A stretch of DNA of 64,000 nucleotides from Octopus vulgaris (taxonomy: Eukaryota): NCBI GenBank assembly GCA_951406725.2, contig OX597815.1, forward strand, positions 120,094,001-120,158,000. The letters run 5' to 3'. Below are positions 51,753-64,000 of the stretch, piece after piece. The notes under the pieces were generated by a model that saw only the letters and a program-made list of their open reading frames with translations, was not told the origin of the DNA and ran no database searches. Within the stretch, counting starts at the first letter, position 1. The number at the start of each line of letters is the position of its first letter. A program made the translations under genes and the position numbers.

Positions 51753-52903
51753 TCTCTCTATATATAAACGGCAGTTTGTCTGTGTGTCTGTGTGTCTGTC
51801 AGGTTGTACCCTCACCCTGACCACGGCTTTCAACCGATTCTGATGAAACTTGACACACACATAGCCCAATGTCATAATTCAAAACTAACGCAGCGAAAAT
51901 TTTGAAAAGTTCCCCAGTTCTGAAAAAAATCGATAAATTCGACATGGGGTCGAGAATCTAAGCTTTTTATATGCAACACATTTTCTGTTGTAGTTTTTGC
52001 AACTTCCAATCGATTTTCACCAAACTCATGGTGAAGCTTAATGTTGCCCTACGAAACTTAATTCTGACGTTAGTTTTCCATGCAATACCTTACCATCAGA
52101 AAAAATCGATAAAATCATGCCATTTTGGGAAATCGCGTTCAAATTCAAGATGACATATTTTCAACAATATCTTTCACAAATTGGCATGAATTTTTTTTTA
52201 AATTCACAGCAAGCATCATGTCTGCTCCAAGGAGCTATATGGCCCTTTTTATTCCAATAGGATACTTTATTACTGGAAAAAATCGGTTAATTAAATCATA
52301 GGTGGCACACATAGCAAACTGATTTGTGTATTAAACACAAACTACAGTCTGTCTAGGGGACGCGACTCGACCTTTTTAACTCTCGGAACACGTGGGGTAA
52401 GTATCCCAAAATGTATAAAAATGTACAAAAACGGCAAAAAAGCGGGCAGCAATGTGAGTGACAACAACGAAAAAGTCAAAAGTGACCAAACTGAACAAAC
52501 GAATGGAAAAGGTTTTTTGGTGCACACGACAAAAGCGGTTTATAATAAACCGAGAGTTTGCAAGTAGCGTCCGAGGACCCTTAGGGTACGTCAAAAATTT
52601 AAGGTAAAACGTTTGGAGTGGTAGTTATAAAGAAAGTTTAAACAAAAAAAGTATTTGAATAACTTGCGGCTGCAGCAGCTATTAGCAGAAGTTGGGGGTA
52701 AAGTCTCGAATGTAATTTCTTCCTGGTAGGAATTGGTTGGGTTGAATTATCGATAGCTGTTTGATAGTTATTTGGGAGTGAAGAGAAGACATTGCAAACT
52801 GCACATGCACCTTTGTTCCCTAGAGGGAAAGGACTAGATTGGGATTGGTCGTTGCCTACTAGGGGTTCTTACATACCCGGGCAACGCCGGGCTATGCTGC
52901 TAG
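51753..52903 (+). mobile_element. Complete non-autonomous Helitron-like element
   Basis: A|TC 5' end with tgtc repeats; 3' hairpin cccgg-gcaacg-ccggg then CTAG|T; no TSD. Confidence 0.85.
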
Positions 52904-53356
52904 TACATATATATATATGTCAGAATTTGGGATAATTCTTTATTAAAGCTTTTGTTTGTTTATTGAACTCATCAAGACAAAATCAAAATCAACATGGTAA
53001 AAACAGAATGTTTTGTTGTTTATTTATATGAATCGGATGCTTTTTTGCTTTGTTCAGAGAAAGAGAATATTGTCTTTTTGTTTTTGAAAAAGAGGGAAAA
53101 GAGAAAGAAAAGCAAAGAGGGGGGAATAGATAGATAGATAGATAGAGAGAGAGGTTTCAGGGCAATCAAGAAAAAGGAGACAAAATAATAAAGGACGGGG
53201 AAAGGATAGATTGATGGATAGATATATAAACAGATAGATGGAGAGAGAGAGAGAGTGAGGTTTCTTTTCAATTTGATGTGGTCAATTCATTGAAATTTCA
53301 TTACAAAGCATTTTTCTTTATTTCTCCCTCCTTTTTTCCCCCCATTTTATACCTGT

Positions 53357-56300
53357 CAACATATTTGTAAATAAACACATTTTCTCACAATGGGTGGTGA
53401 CTTTTTAAGACGTCAATTTTAGCAAGTAGGACGGAAAAAATAAGAAAAGAGGAGAGGGTGTAATCATCACTAAAAATAAAAAAAAAAGAGTCTTATGAAA
53501 GTGTATATTCCTTTACACTTGTATAGCCAACTCACATATTCTGTGTAATTCCTTGTTTTGCATGAACAAACATTAAATATTAGTACAATATTCATAAATT
53601 AGGAACGTAAAGTCAGAATGTCAAAGAATAATTTGGTACTGTTTATAACTCAGTTTATTCTCCATGTATATTTAATCAAATCTCATAAATGAATTTTGTA
53701 TGTATATTGTATATTTAGCTGGAAGCCATTCCATAGTATATAAATTATATAATAAAGTAGGGCCTACTTAATTATATCGTTGAGCATCTTTCATTCTTTT
53801 GTAGGATTTTTTTTTCTTGCTTGTTTGTATAAGAGAATTCAAAAGAGATCTTTTTCACAAATTATTTTGCCAAGTAGCTACATCTAATGTACCTTTCATA
53901 ATCAGTGGTAAAATGGTTCTAATATTCTTTCTCGGGTATATGTGAGTTCTGTAAGAAAAATAACTGTCAAAATTCCAACGTTTTATATATATATATATAT
54001 ATATATATCTGAAAAGTTATAGAGATGAGTATCATGTTATTAACATTGGAGTCACATTCAGAAACAACAGTAATAATGTAATATAAATGTTTTTTCTTCA
54101 TCCATCACCATTACTATTTAGAAAATAATAGTAAAAATGTGGATCCTCTGCTTCTCTTTCAAACATTTAATTATGGAGTTAATTTTTTGATGAAGTGTAG
54201 CTCTATTGCTTTTTTGAATTTTGGGTCACTGCTTGAACATTTGTAAAAGGGAAAGATGTTGAACTTTCTTTCACAGCATATTTCTAGATGCTTGCTCAGT
54301 GGAATCTTACACAATTCTTCTTTTCGGATGTATTGTCTCCAGATTCTTGCACATTGGCAGAGGGAATTGCTTGTTTCGCCAATATCATTTTCCTTGCAGT
54401 TGGGGCAAGTAATGCAATATATGAGATTCTGCATTTTTCAGTTCATATCTGCATTTACTCTGAATGAGAATCTGCTCCTGAATTTTATGTGGGAACCATT
54501 TTCTAAGTATTTAAAGTTGTCCACATCTATTATTTTCACATTCTTTTATGGATAATCCTGATTCATTCACTGATGTGAAGTTTCCTTTGGTGAGGTGTTT
54601 TTTGAGATTTTTTGGTTGGCGTCTACTGTTTTGTAAGTGGTTGTTGTCAATCAGATTTTTCATTTTGGGGATTTATAGAAGTATAGGTAGGTTTGATTTT
54701 ATGGTGTGAAAGATGTTGGCTACCCCAGGATTGTATGTATTGATAAATAGAATAATGTGTTAAATAATTTTTTCCCTTGGTATCCTTAATTGTGTGATAC
54801 TCAGTTTCATTGCCTTTCTAATTCCATCATTTATTAATCCTAAGGGGTATTTCTGCTTTGTTAAGAAGGCTTTGAGCTTGTAAGGTCGGATTTAGTGTAT
54901 TTTGGGGTCATTGATTATAGTACAGATGCCTTGCCAAGCTATTAAATATTTGTAGGTACTCATTTGATTTGTCCCAAAAGATGAAGCCTTTCCACTTTAT
55001 AATGACGTATTTCTTGCAATCTTTTTTAAAAGCCCTCTCTACTTCCCCATAAAGCTTTTCTTTCAAGTATCCCATGACTAGGTTAGCATATGAGGGTACA
55101 AACTATGTCTCCATAGCTGTGTACTTTACCTGTCGATATATTTTATTATCAAATCTAAAAGCAGCAAGGGAGGGGGACATAGAGCATGACTGATTTACTA
55201 AATGAATATTAATAGTTAAAAATTAAGAACTACTTCATTGCTCTACCATTTCTGTCTACGTCAGTAGCTTCATTGTTCAATTACAGACAAATCCTGTTTT
55301 CTCGATGTTATTATCAACTTTAAAAACAAATTTTCTTTCCTGTGACAAAGAACTTGCTTGAAACAGTTTTCTAGTTTCCTTTATGGCATATAAAACTTGT
55401 ACATATATTCGAATTTTACAGATAAAATACATAACACTATTCATAATTGTTTCTAACATAGGCACAAAGCAACAATCTGTGTGCATGTTGTGGGGTGTGG
55501 GAAGATTACATCAAAGTTGATCTCAGAGGGATTTGAACTCTGAATGTTAAATGTCATAAAATACTGTAAAGCATTTTGTATAATGTTAACAAGGAAACTG
55601 TATGAACACTCAAGCCTTCAAGAGTTGCGGAGATATTTAATTGTAGAGCTGAGTTACGTCCCTTTATTTACTAGTTTGCATGCGAAAATTAAATGAATAT
55701 GAGTTACTTCCCATGATATTTCTAGTATGGTCCGCAATATTTTCTTTTCTGTAAGAATTTAATAAATCGTTATTTGGACAGACTAAGTACAAAGAGCCTA
55801 GGGAAAAAAATTATACTTATATAGACTTTCGTAAAAAATTACTTGATGCAGTTACAATAACCGGAAAAAGATTTTTTTTAAAGCTATTAAACTATTAATA
55901 AAATTTTTCTTTTATTTAACAGAATGTTACTAATCTTGTGGAAATCTTGCATAAAGTGTATATTTTATGTCTAGTGTAAATTTTGTGTGTACATACATAC
56001 ATATATGTGAGTAATAATTTTAAATTTGGATATGCACCTAGTAGTATGCTGTTTAAAGAACGTTCACTGTCTTCGGCTGCCTGATATCATCAACAGTATG
56101 ACATAAGTACCAATGGATTTACTTCAGGAATTCCTCTGTTTCTGTCGAGTATACAATATTTGAGAGAAAGAGAAAATGGAATTCATGAGATTCTTTATTA
56201 ATCATTACGATCGTTTCGAATCATCTTGCATTGGTTCCTTGCAAGTGAGAATGTGGACAACTGGTTGTGGTGTATCCTTCAGTGCAGATGTGCATGCTCC

Positions 56301-56545
56301 TGTGATTTTCAAAAGGTACCTTGCTCATCAAACTCATGTTCACTGATTTTGTTTATAATACATTTTGTTATTTACCTAGAGAACATGGTTTGGAATGACT
56401 TGGAATGAAGTACATTCCCTTTGTAGGTAATGGACCTACTTATAATTAATCATAAATAAAATACATACATAACACCAAAAATTAAAAACAAAATAATTGA
56501 GCAATATGCAGGTTAACCTGGTACTATGCGTGCATTGCCAAAGTT
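53357..56545. repeat. ~3.2-kb direct segmental duplication, copy 1
   Basis: Colinear with 59481-63205; the same ORFs recur (56226 vs 62884; 55277 vs 61899). Confidence 0.95.
54165..55160 (-). mobile_element. Penelope-like element remnant (RT plus GIY-YIG)
   Basis: NLIYCITCPNCKENDIGET..H...FPFYK..IELHFIKK (GIY-YIG); decayed TAM...NLVMGYL RT motif. Confidence 0.85.
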
Positions 56546-57334
56546 CATCATCATGAACATAGCTGCACAACCATCAGCAGACAAATCTATGCAACCGACA
56601 GATCTTCACATTTCACACCAGCTTTCATACCACCAGCTATTGCCTGTTCATTTTTCTTACATCCTTAGTATTGCAAACTTCTAACCTTCTTGTGCAATTG
56701 TGAGTTTTCATGGCTTCCCCAACTCCTACATTTATATGTTCACATTGCTCAGCACTTGTCAACAATTGCAAATAAATTACTTTGTTCTATTAACAAACAT
56801 ACCTTCTGACATTTATTTCTATATACACTTATTTCCACATTATATCGGGATATTGTTAATTTCAATTCCTGCTGCTGATAAATAGATATACTTTGACTGA
56901 GGGTTCATTCAACAAGACTAAGTCCTTGCCAAAACGAATTTAGTATTGAGTCTTCTCACAAATGATTATTTCTCTCTCTTTTCTTTTCTTTTAATTTTTT
57001 CAGTTGTGTTCTCTTTTTTGTCTAATTTTCTAATTTAATTTTGTAAAACGGTGAACACTGTTATGTGATTACTGAAATTTCAATGTTTATGTTAATTTTA
57101 AAATTTTCCAGCAAAATCTTATAAAATGACAATGTTCTAAAAGATGTACATGTTTATATGTTATATAGGAAAATAAAAATTTGGAGAAAAGGGCATAATT
57201 GTTTGGCAGTTAAAATAATAATAATATAATAATGAAATTATTGTATACAGTGCTCAGGTGCACCAGTTTACATAACAAAATAAAGTTGCAGCAGTATAAA
57301 AGGGAGAAAACTCTTTGATTAGCTTAAGAATTTT

Positions 57335-57645
57335 TGATCTTGGACTGCGGCGAAGTTGGGATACCACATCGAAAGCCTTAGTCAAACAGATCGATCCCAG
57401 CGCTTACTTTTAATGTCTGGTACTTATTCTATCTATATCATTTGCCGAACCGCTAATTTACCGACTGTTAAGCAATGGTGGAACACTTTCTTCAGTTTCT
57501 TCTTTCAGTTTCTGCCTACCAAATCCACTCACACGGTTTTAGTCGGCCCGTGGCTATAGCAGAAGGCAATTGCCCAATGTGCCATGCAGTAGGATTAAAT
57601 TCGGAACCATATGGCTGGGAAGCAAACTTCTTACCACACAACCAT
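57335..57645 (-). mobile_element. Diverged main-family SINE
   Basis: ctaccaaatccactcac...gcaaacttcttaccacac. Confidence 0.6.
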
Positions 57646-58129
57646 GTCTGAGCCACTATAATAAATTATAATTGATATGCTCCCGATAAAGAGTCCTTAA
57701 GGACTAAAACGCTTAAGTGATCCCTTCTTCGATCCTCACTGAGCAATTTATCCGTGCTGACTCCAACAACCGAAGTGTACCAACAATACTTGATTAATAA
57801 CCCTGAGTCCACCACTGCTATTCTAGTTACTGATACCGGTACCACATACTGCACACGGGTCGTACAACACCACTTTATCCCATGTCACTGTTCTTCGTGA
57901 TGGCGAAGACTAATATTTGGGTAAGATATCGACGTCTCAATTGTTATTGATTTGGGAGAATTATGTAATTAGCCAAAGTGAGTTCCTCTTTACTTTCACA
58001 ATAGAATCTGTTTAATCTATATTTGTCAAGTATAGATGTTCAGAAGATAACTTCATCTTTTATTTCTGATGTTATGCACCCCATCTTTTCTGGGGTGGGG
58101 AGGTCTATATACAGTCTGAGACCCGTTAA

Positions 58130-58920
58130 CGAAAACTAAAAAGAAAAAAAAAAAAACTCAGCCTACTAGGTGTAAAAAAAAGTGTGTAGAAAACGAATAT
58201 GAAAAACAAAAAAATCCCGCAAACGAACGGGGGCGGGGCGGGGAGAGTACTTTCGGAAAATTCACAAGATCCGATTTTTCTCTCATACCTTTCAGGAAAA
58301 TGGATACATATTGATAAAATTTCATAGAAATACGGTTCAAATGGAACAAATTACGATTACAAAGACCTTTCTGAGGAAAATTTTTTTCGAAGGGTTGGGT
58401 AGAGGACTGTCAGAAAATTCACACGATTCGTTTATTTCCCCCCACATAGCTTTCAGGAAAATGAATAACTTTTAATGAGATTTTACAGAAATACCTTTCA
58501 AACGGCATAGATTACGATTATAAAGAAGTTTGTGGGGAATATGTTTTTCCGAAGGTGTGGGGAGAGGACTGTCGGAAAGTTCACACAGTCTGTTTTTTAC
58601 CCCTCATTACTTTTGGGATCTGGTTTAGCGCCCAGTCTCCAAAACGAAAGAAAAAAAAACTGTCTAATAGGTGTAAAAAAAATGTGTAGAAAACGAATAT
58701 GGAAAAAAAGATTGCGCAAACGAACGAGGGTGGGGTGGGGAGAGGACTTTCGGAAAATTCACAAGATCCGATTTTTCCCTCATAACTTTCAGGAAAAATG
58801 GATGTCTTTTAGTAAAATTTTACAGAGACACCTTTCAAACAGCATAGATTCAGTTTATAAAGAAATTTGTGTGGGAAATATTTACCGAAGTGGTGAGGAG
58901 AGGACTATCAGAAGGTTTTA
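58130..58920. repeat. Hierarchical tandem repeat (~160-bp subunits within a ~495-bp duplication)
   Basis: gagaggact.tcggaaaattcaca-like motif recurs at about 58245, 58401, 58562, 58740 and 58898; taggtgtaaaaaaaa.tgtgtagaaaacgaatatg occurs twice. Confidence 0.8.
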
Positions 58921-60112
58921 GAAGATTTGGGACAAATATAGCAGTTTATATAGGTTAGCATAAGGATGTCTGTATTGTATACATTTCCAGTTGATTTACA
59001 GAATACTTCCACAAGTATTGCTAATGAATAGAGAGTGAACAGTGGTAGTGGGAGTATACAACCTTGCATGACTCATACAGAAATATATAAATCCTAAAAG
59101 AAACTATATAAAAACTTGAGAAAGTTAGACATTTTTCTGGTTACATTTTGAAAAGCGAAATCCCTGAAACTCATATATTTAAAATAATTTATTTTTCTCA
59201 TTCTCTTAAATGACCTTTGATACATCTGTCAAAATCAAATGATATAGAAACTTCTATAAATTCAGCTATTTTTCTGTCTGTTTTCTTTCACTCTCTTCCA
59301 AATCTCAGTGGATTTAGTGTCTTCCAAGCAACTTCGCCTTTTAGAATGAATATCCATTGATTTCAGCAATGTTGTTTATAAAAATTTATAAATGTGCATG
59401 CTTGCAATAGGAATCTCCATTGATCATGTAGATAATCAAGCCTTTTGCATTTACTTACATACTTTTCATAATCAGACAGCCAACATATTTGTAAATAAAC
59501 ACATTTTCTCACAATGGCTGGTGACTTTTCAAGATGTCAATTTTAGCAAGTTGGATGGAAAAAATAAGAAAAGAGGAGAGGGTGTGGTCATCACTAAAAA
59601 ATATAAAAGAGTTCAAAGTTAAAAGTCTTATGGAAGTGTATATCCCTTTACACTTGTATAGCTAAGTCCCATATTCTGTGTGATTCCATGTTTTGCATGG
59701 ACAAACATTAAATATTAGTACAATATTCATAAATTAGGAAAATAAAGTTAGAATGTAAAAGACTAATTTGGTACTGTTTATTAACTCAGTTTATTCTCCA
59801 TGTATATTTAATCAAACATCATAAATGAGTTTTGCATATATATTGTATATTTAGCTGGAAGCCACTCTGTAGGATATAAATCATATAATAAAGCAGGGCC
59901 TGCTTAAATATATTTTTGAGTTACTTTCATTCTTTTGTAGGATTTTTTTTTCTTGCTCGCTTGGATAAGAAAATTCGTCAAAAGAGATCTTTTTCACAAA
60001 TTATTTTGCCAAGTAGCTACAATGGATACCTTTTCTAATCAGTGGTAAAATGGTTCTAATATTCTTTCTCAGGTATTTGTAAGTTCTGTAGGAAAAACTG
60101 CTCTCAAAATCC

Positions 60113-60465
60113 CATCATCATCATCATTTAACGTCCGCTTTCCATGCTGGTATGGGTTGGACGGTTCAACTGGGGTCTGGGAAACCAGAAGGCTGCACCA
60201 GGCCAAGTCTGATCTGGCAGTGTTTCTACAGCTGGATGCCCTTCCAAACGCCAACCACTCCGTAAGTGTAGTGGGTGCTTTTTACATGCCACCGGCACAG
60301 GTGCCAGACGAGGCTGGCAAACAGCCACAATCGGATGGTGCTTTTTACATGCCACCAGCACGGGGACCAGATGAAGCTGGCAATGGCCACAGTCGGATGG
60401 TGCTTTTTACGTGATATATATACCCATGCTAGCATGGAAAACGGACGCTAAATGATGATGATGAT
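60113..60465. mobile_element. Two oppositely oriented RTE 3' ends
   Basis: (CAT)n-ttaacgtccgc... on the left and ...ggacgctaaat-(GAT)n on the right. Confidence 0.8.
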
Positions 60466-60639
60466 ATGTGTGTGTGTGTGTATCTGATCAGTTATAGAGA
60501 TGAGTATCACGTTATTAACATTGGAGTCACATTCAGAAACAACAGTAATAATGTAATATAAATGTTTTTCCTTCATCCATCATCATTACTATTAAAAAAA
60601 TAATAGTAAAAATGTGGATTCCCTGCTTCTCTTTCAAAC

Positions 60640-61830
60640 ATTTAATTTTGGAGAGAATTTTTTGATGAAGTGTAGCTCCATTGCTTTTTTGAATTTTGGG
60701 TCACTACTTGAAAATTTGTAAAAGGGAAAGATTCTTTCACTGCATATTTCAAGATGCTTGCTCAGTGGAATCTTACACAATTCTTCTTTTCGGATGTATT
60801 GTCTCCGGATTCTTGCACATTGGCAGAGTGAATTGCTTGTTTCACCAATGTAATTTTCCTTGCAGTTGTGGCAAGTAATGCAATATATGAGTGAGATTCT
60901 GCAATTTTCAGTTCATATCTGCATTTACTCTGAATGAGAATCTGCTCTTGAATTTTATGTAGCGACCATTTTCTAAATATTTAAAGTTGCCCACATCTAT
61001 TATTTTCCCATTCTTTTACGGAGAAACCGGATTCATTCTCTGATGTGAAGTTTGCTTTGGTAAGGTGTTTTTTGAGATGTTTTGGTTGGCGTCTACTGTT
61101 TTGTAAGTGGTTGTTGTCAATCAGATTTTTCATTTTGGGGATTTGTAGAAGTATAGGTAGGTTTGATTTTATGGTGTGAAAGATGTTGGCTACCCCAGGA
61201 TTGTGTGTAATGATAAATAGAATAATGTGTTCATTTTTTTAAATTTTTGGTGTCCTTAATTGTGTGATACTCAGCTTCAATACCTTTTTAATACCCTCAT
61301 TTATTAATCATAAGGGGTATTTCTGCTTTGTTAGAAAGCCTGTTAAGTCGGATGTAGTGTATTTTGGGGGTCAATCATTATAGTACAGATGTCTTGCTAT
61401 GCTATATAAGATGTTCCTTTTGATGTGTGAGGGATAGTAAAGGTAGAAATTCAAATATTGGTGTGAATCTGTTATTTTGTAAAATATGTCTGCTGTGACT
61501 GTGGAGTTGCGTATTTTTATGTGAATATCCAGGAATGTTAATTCATTGCAACTGGATTGTCATAAATTTGATGGATGGGTGAAATGTGTTGAGTATATTA
61601 TTAAATATTTGTAGGTACCCATTTTATTTGTCCCAAAAGATGAAGCATTTCCACTTTATAATGGCATATTTCTTGCAATCTTGATTGAAAGCCCTATCCA
61701 CTTCCTCATAAAGCTTTTCTTTCAAGTATCCCATGACTAGGTTAGCATATGAGTGCAAACCATGTCCCCATAGCTGTTCCCTTTACCTGTTGATATATTT
61801 ATCGTATTATCCAATCTAAAAAAAAGCGGG
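60640..61830 (-). mobile_element. Penelope-like element remnant (RT plus GIY-YIG), second copy
   Basis: KGTAMGT..YANLVMGYL; FLDIHIK..TADIFYKITDSHQYLNF..PSHIKRNI; decayed GIY-YIG. Confidence 0.85.
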
Positions 61831-64000
61831 GATGGGGACACAAAGCACAAGTGATTTGCTAAATGAATATTAATGGTTAAAGATTAAGAACTACTACTTC
61901 ATTGCTCTACCATTTCTGTCCACATCAGTAGCTTCATTGTCCAACCATAGACAAATCCTGTTTTCTCGATGTTATTATCAACTTTAAAAACAAATTTTCT
62001 TTCCTGTGACAAAGAACTTGCTTGAAACAGTTTTCTAGTTTCCCTCATAGCATATAAAACTGGTACATATATTCGAATTTTACAGATAAAATACATAACA
62101 CTATTCATAATTGTTTCTAACATAGACAAAGCAACAATCTATGTGCGCCTGGTGGGGTGTTAGGAGATTAAATCAAAGTTGATCTCGGAGGGATTTGAAC
62201 TCCGAGTGTTAAATGTCATAAAATACTGTGAGGCATTTTGTATGATGTTAAGAAGAAAACTATGAACACCGCAGCTTTGAAGAGTTACGTGGATATTTAA
62301 TTGTAGAGCTGAGTTACGTCCCTTTATTTACTAGTTTGCATGCGAAAGTTAAATGAATATGAGTTACTTCCCATGATATTTCTTGTATGGTCCGCAATAT
62401 TTTCTTTTCTGTAAGAATTTAATAAATCGTTATTTGGTCAGACTAAGTAGAAAGAGACCAGGAAAAAAATTATACTTATAAAAACTTTCGTAAAAAATTA
62501 CTTGATGCAATTACAATAATCGGAACAATATTTTTTTAAAAGCTATTAAACTATTAACAAAATTTTTCTTTTATTTAACAGAATGTTACTGATCTTGTGG
62601 AAATCTTGCATATAGTGTATATTTTATGTCTAGTGTAAATTTTATGTGTACATACATACATATATGTGAGTAATAATTTTAAATTTGGATATGCACCTAG
62701 TAGTATGCTGTTTAAAGAACATTCACTGTCTTCGGCTGCCTGATATCATCAACAAGTATGACATAAGTACCAATGGATTTACTTCAGGAATTCCTGTTTC
62801 TGTCGAGTATACAATATTTGAGAGAAAGAGAAAATGGAATTCGTGAGATTCTTTATTAATCATTATGATCGTTTCGATCCATCTTGCATTGGTTCCTTGC
62901 AAGTGAGAATGTGGACAACTGGTTGTGGTGTATCCTTCAGTTCAGATGTGCTTGTTCCTGTGATTTTCAAAAGTTACCTTGCTCATCAAACTCATGTTCA
63001 CTAATTTTGTTTATAATACATTTTGTTATTTACCTGGAGAACATGGTTTGGAATGACTTGGAATGATGTACATTCCCTTTGTAGATAATGGACCTACTTA
63101 TAATTAATCATAAATAAAATATATACATAAGAACCAAAAATAAAAAACAAAATAATTGTACAATGTGTAGGTTAATCAGGTACTATGCTTGCATTGCCAA
63201 AGTTATAGATGAAAATACTGCTTCTATCAACAACTCTATATTGTGCACTGGATGCATTGTTTTCTTTCATGGCAGCAATACTGCAGAGGTTGTTTTGCTA
63301 TCAACAAAACTAAAGTGAAATCTCAAGCTCTGCTGTGTTGTTGCTCAAATTGTAAGTCATTTACAGATTGTACTGGGTGCTTTATGTTGCACCAGCATTG
63401 TGTGGATTGTCTAGCAGCTTACAAAGCTAAAAGTAAGCCATGATGTAACGAACAGATTTATTTGGAGAGGATGGTAATGGAGAGAATAACAGATATAAAA
63501 GAGAGGGGAACAGGAAGAGTAATGTCAGGGATTAGTGTGAAGGAGAGGGAGAAATTGGAGGAAGATATCTTGTTGACTTTTCAAATAGGCTGCTTCAGGG
63601 CAAAATGCTATAATTCTTTACAAGGATTTTCTGTCTCTGCTCCAAGATAAGTACTCTCCTCTTAAATTGTTTTCCAAAGGGGAACGTTTCTATCACCTCC
63701 CTCAGTACTACTCTAACCCTCAGGTGAGAGAGATCTTGTCTTGATCTCATTGCTGCTGGTGCCATTTAAAAAGCATCCAGCACAGTCTGTAAAGTAGATG
63801 GTGTTAGGAAGAGCATCAAGCTGTAGAAACTATACCAAAGCAGACAGCAGAGCTTACCAGTTCCTGTTGAACTGCCCAACCCACATGCCAACATAAAAAC
63901 GACCATTAAATAACGATGATGTTGATGATAATTTAGTGGTTTGGCAAATGAGTTTGATAATCTTTTTTACTCTTTGTTTCTGTCATTTGACTGTGGCCAT

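Larger units (their letters stand above)
59481..63205. repeat. Direct segmental duplication, copy 2 (has RTE insertions and a ~220-bp segment absent from copy 1)
   Basis: Colinear with 53357-56545 except 60113-60480 and ~61390-61610. Confidence 0.95.

Noticed and set aside
51490-51753. Exon-like or endonuclease-like segment upstream of the Helitron
   Set aside because: Stops in the plausible + frames and no recognisable motif on either strand
63243-63443. Cys-rich 66-aa ORF resembling a metal-binding peptide
   Set aside because: GTG start, no signal peptide or recognisable motif spacing, and no splice support

Overview
AT-rich eukaryotic DNA saturated with microsatellites and transposable elements. 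The repeat repertoire resembles an Octopus genome, but that is an inference. No intact host protein-coding gene, rRNA, true tRNA or CRISPR array could be supported, and most ORFs in the track are microsatellite translations. Supported content: (1) a 5'-truncated but stop-free RTE-clade LINE (33066-34706, -) with a PHD-type zinc finger inserted inside its reverse transcriptase and a 14-unit GC-rich minisatellite in its 3' UTR, plus about 15 short 3'-end copies; (2) a cluster of R4/Dong-type endonuclease LINE ends and a ~560-bp non-coding element in (TAA)n runs (7.6-10.6 kb); (3) an ORF1-only, HAL1-like zinc-knuckle retroelement nested inside a split SINE (12.2-14.3 kb); (4) Penelope-like remnants and about nine minimal type-I hammerhead ribozyme motifs, mostly next to (TA)n tracts, several with a CCGA core variant; (5) Helitron-like, Tc1, mariner, rosa-like, hAT, pogo-like and foldback elements, and many tRNA-headed SINEs; (6) local duplications (846-bp tandem, ~3.2-kb direct, ~540-bp inverted). 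There are weak hints of a spliced minus-strand host transcript. All coordinates and alignments were read by eye and are approximate.
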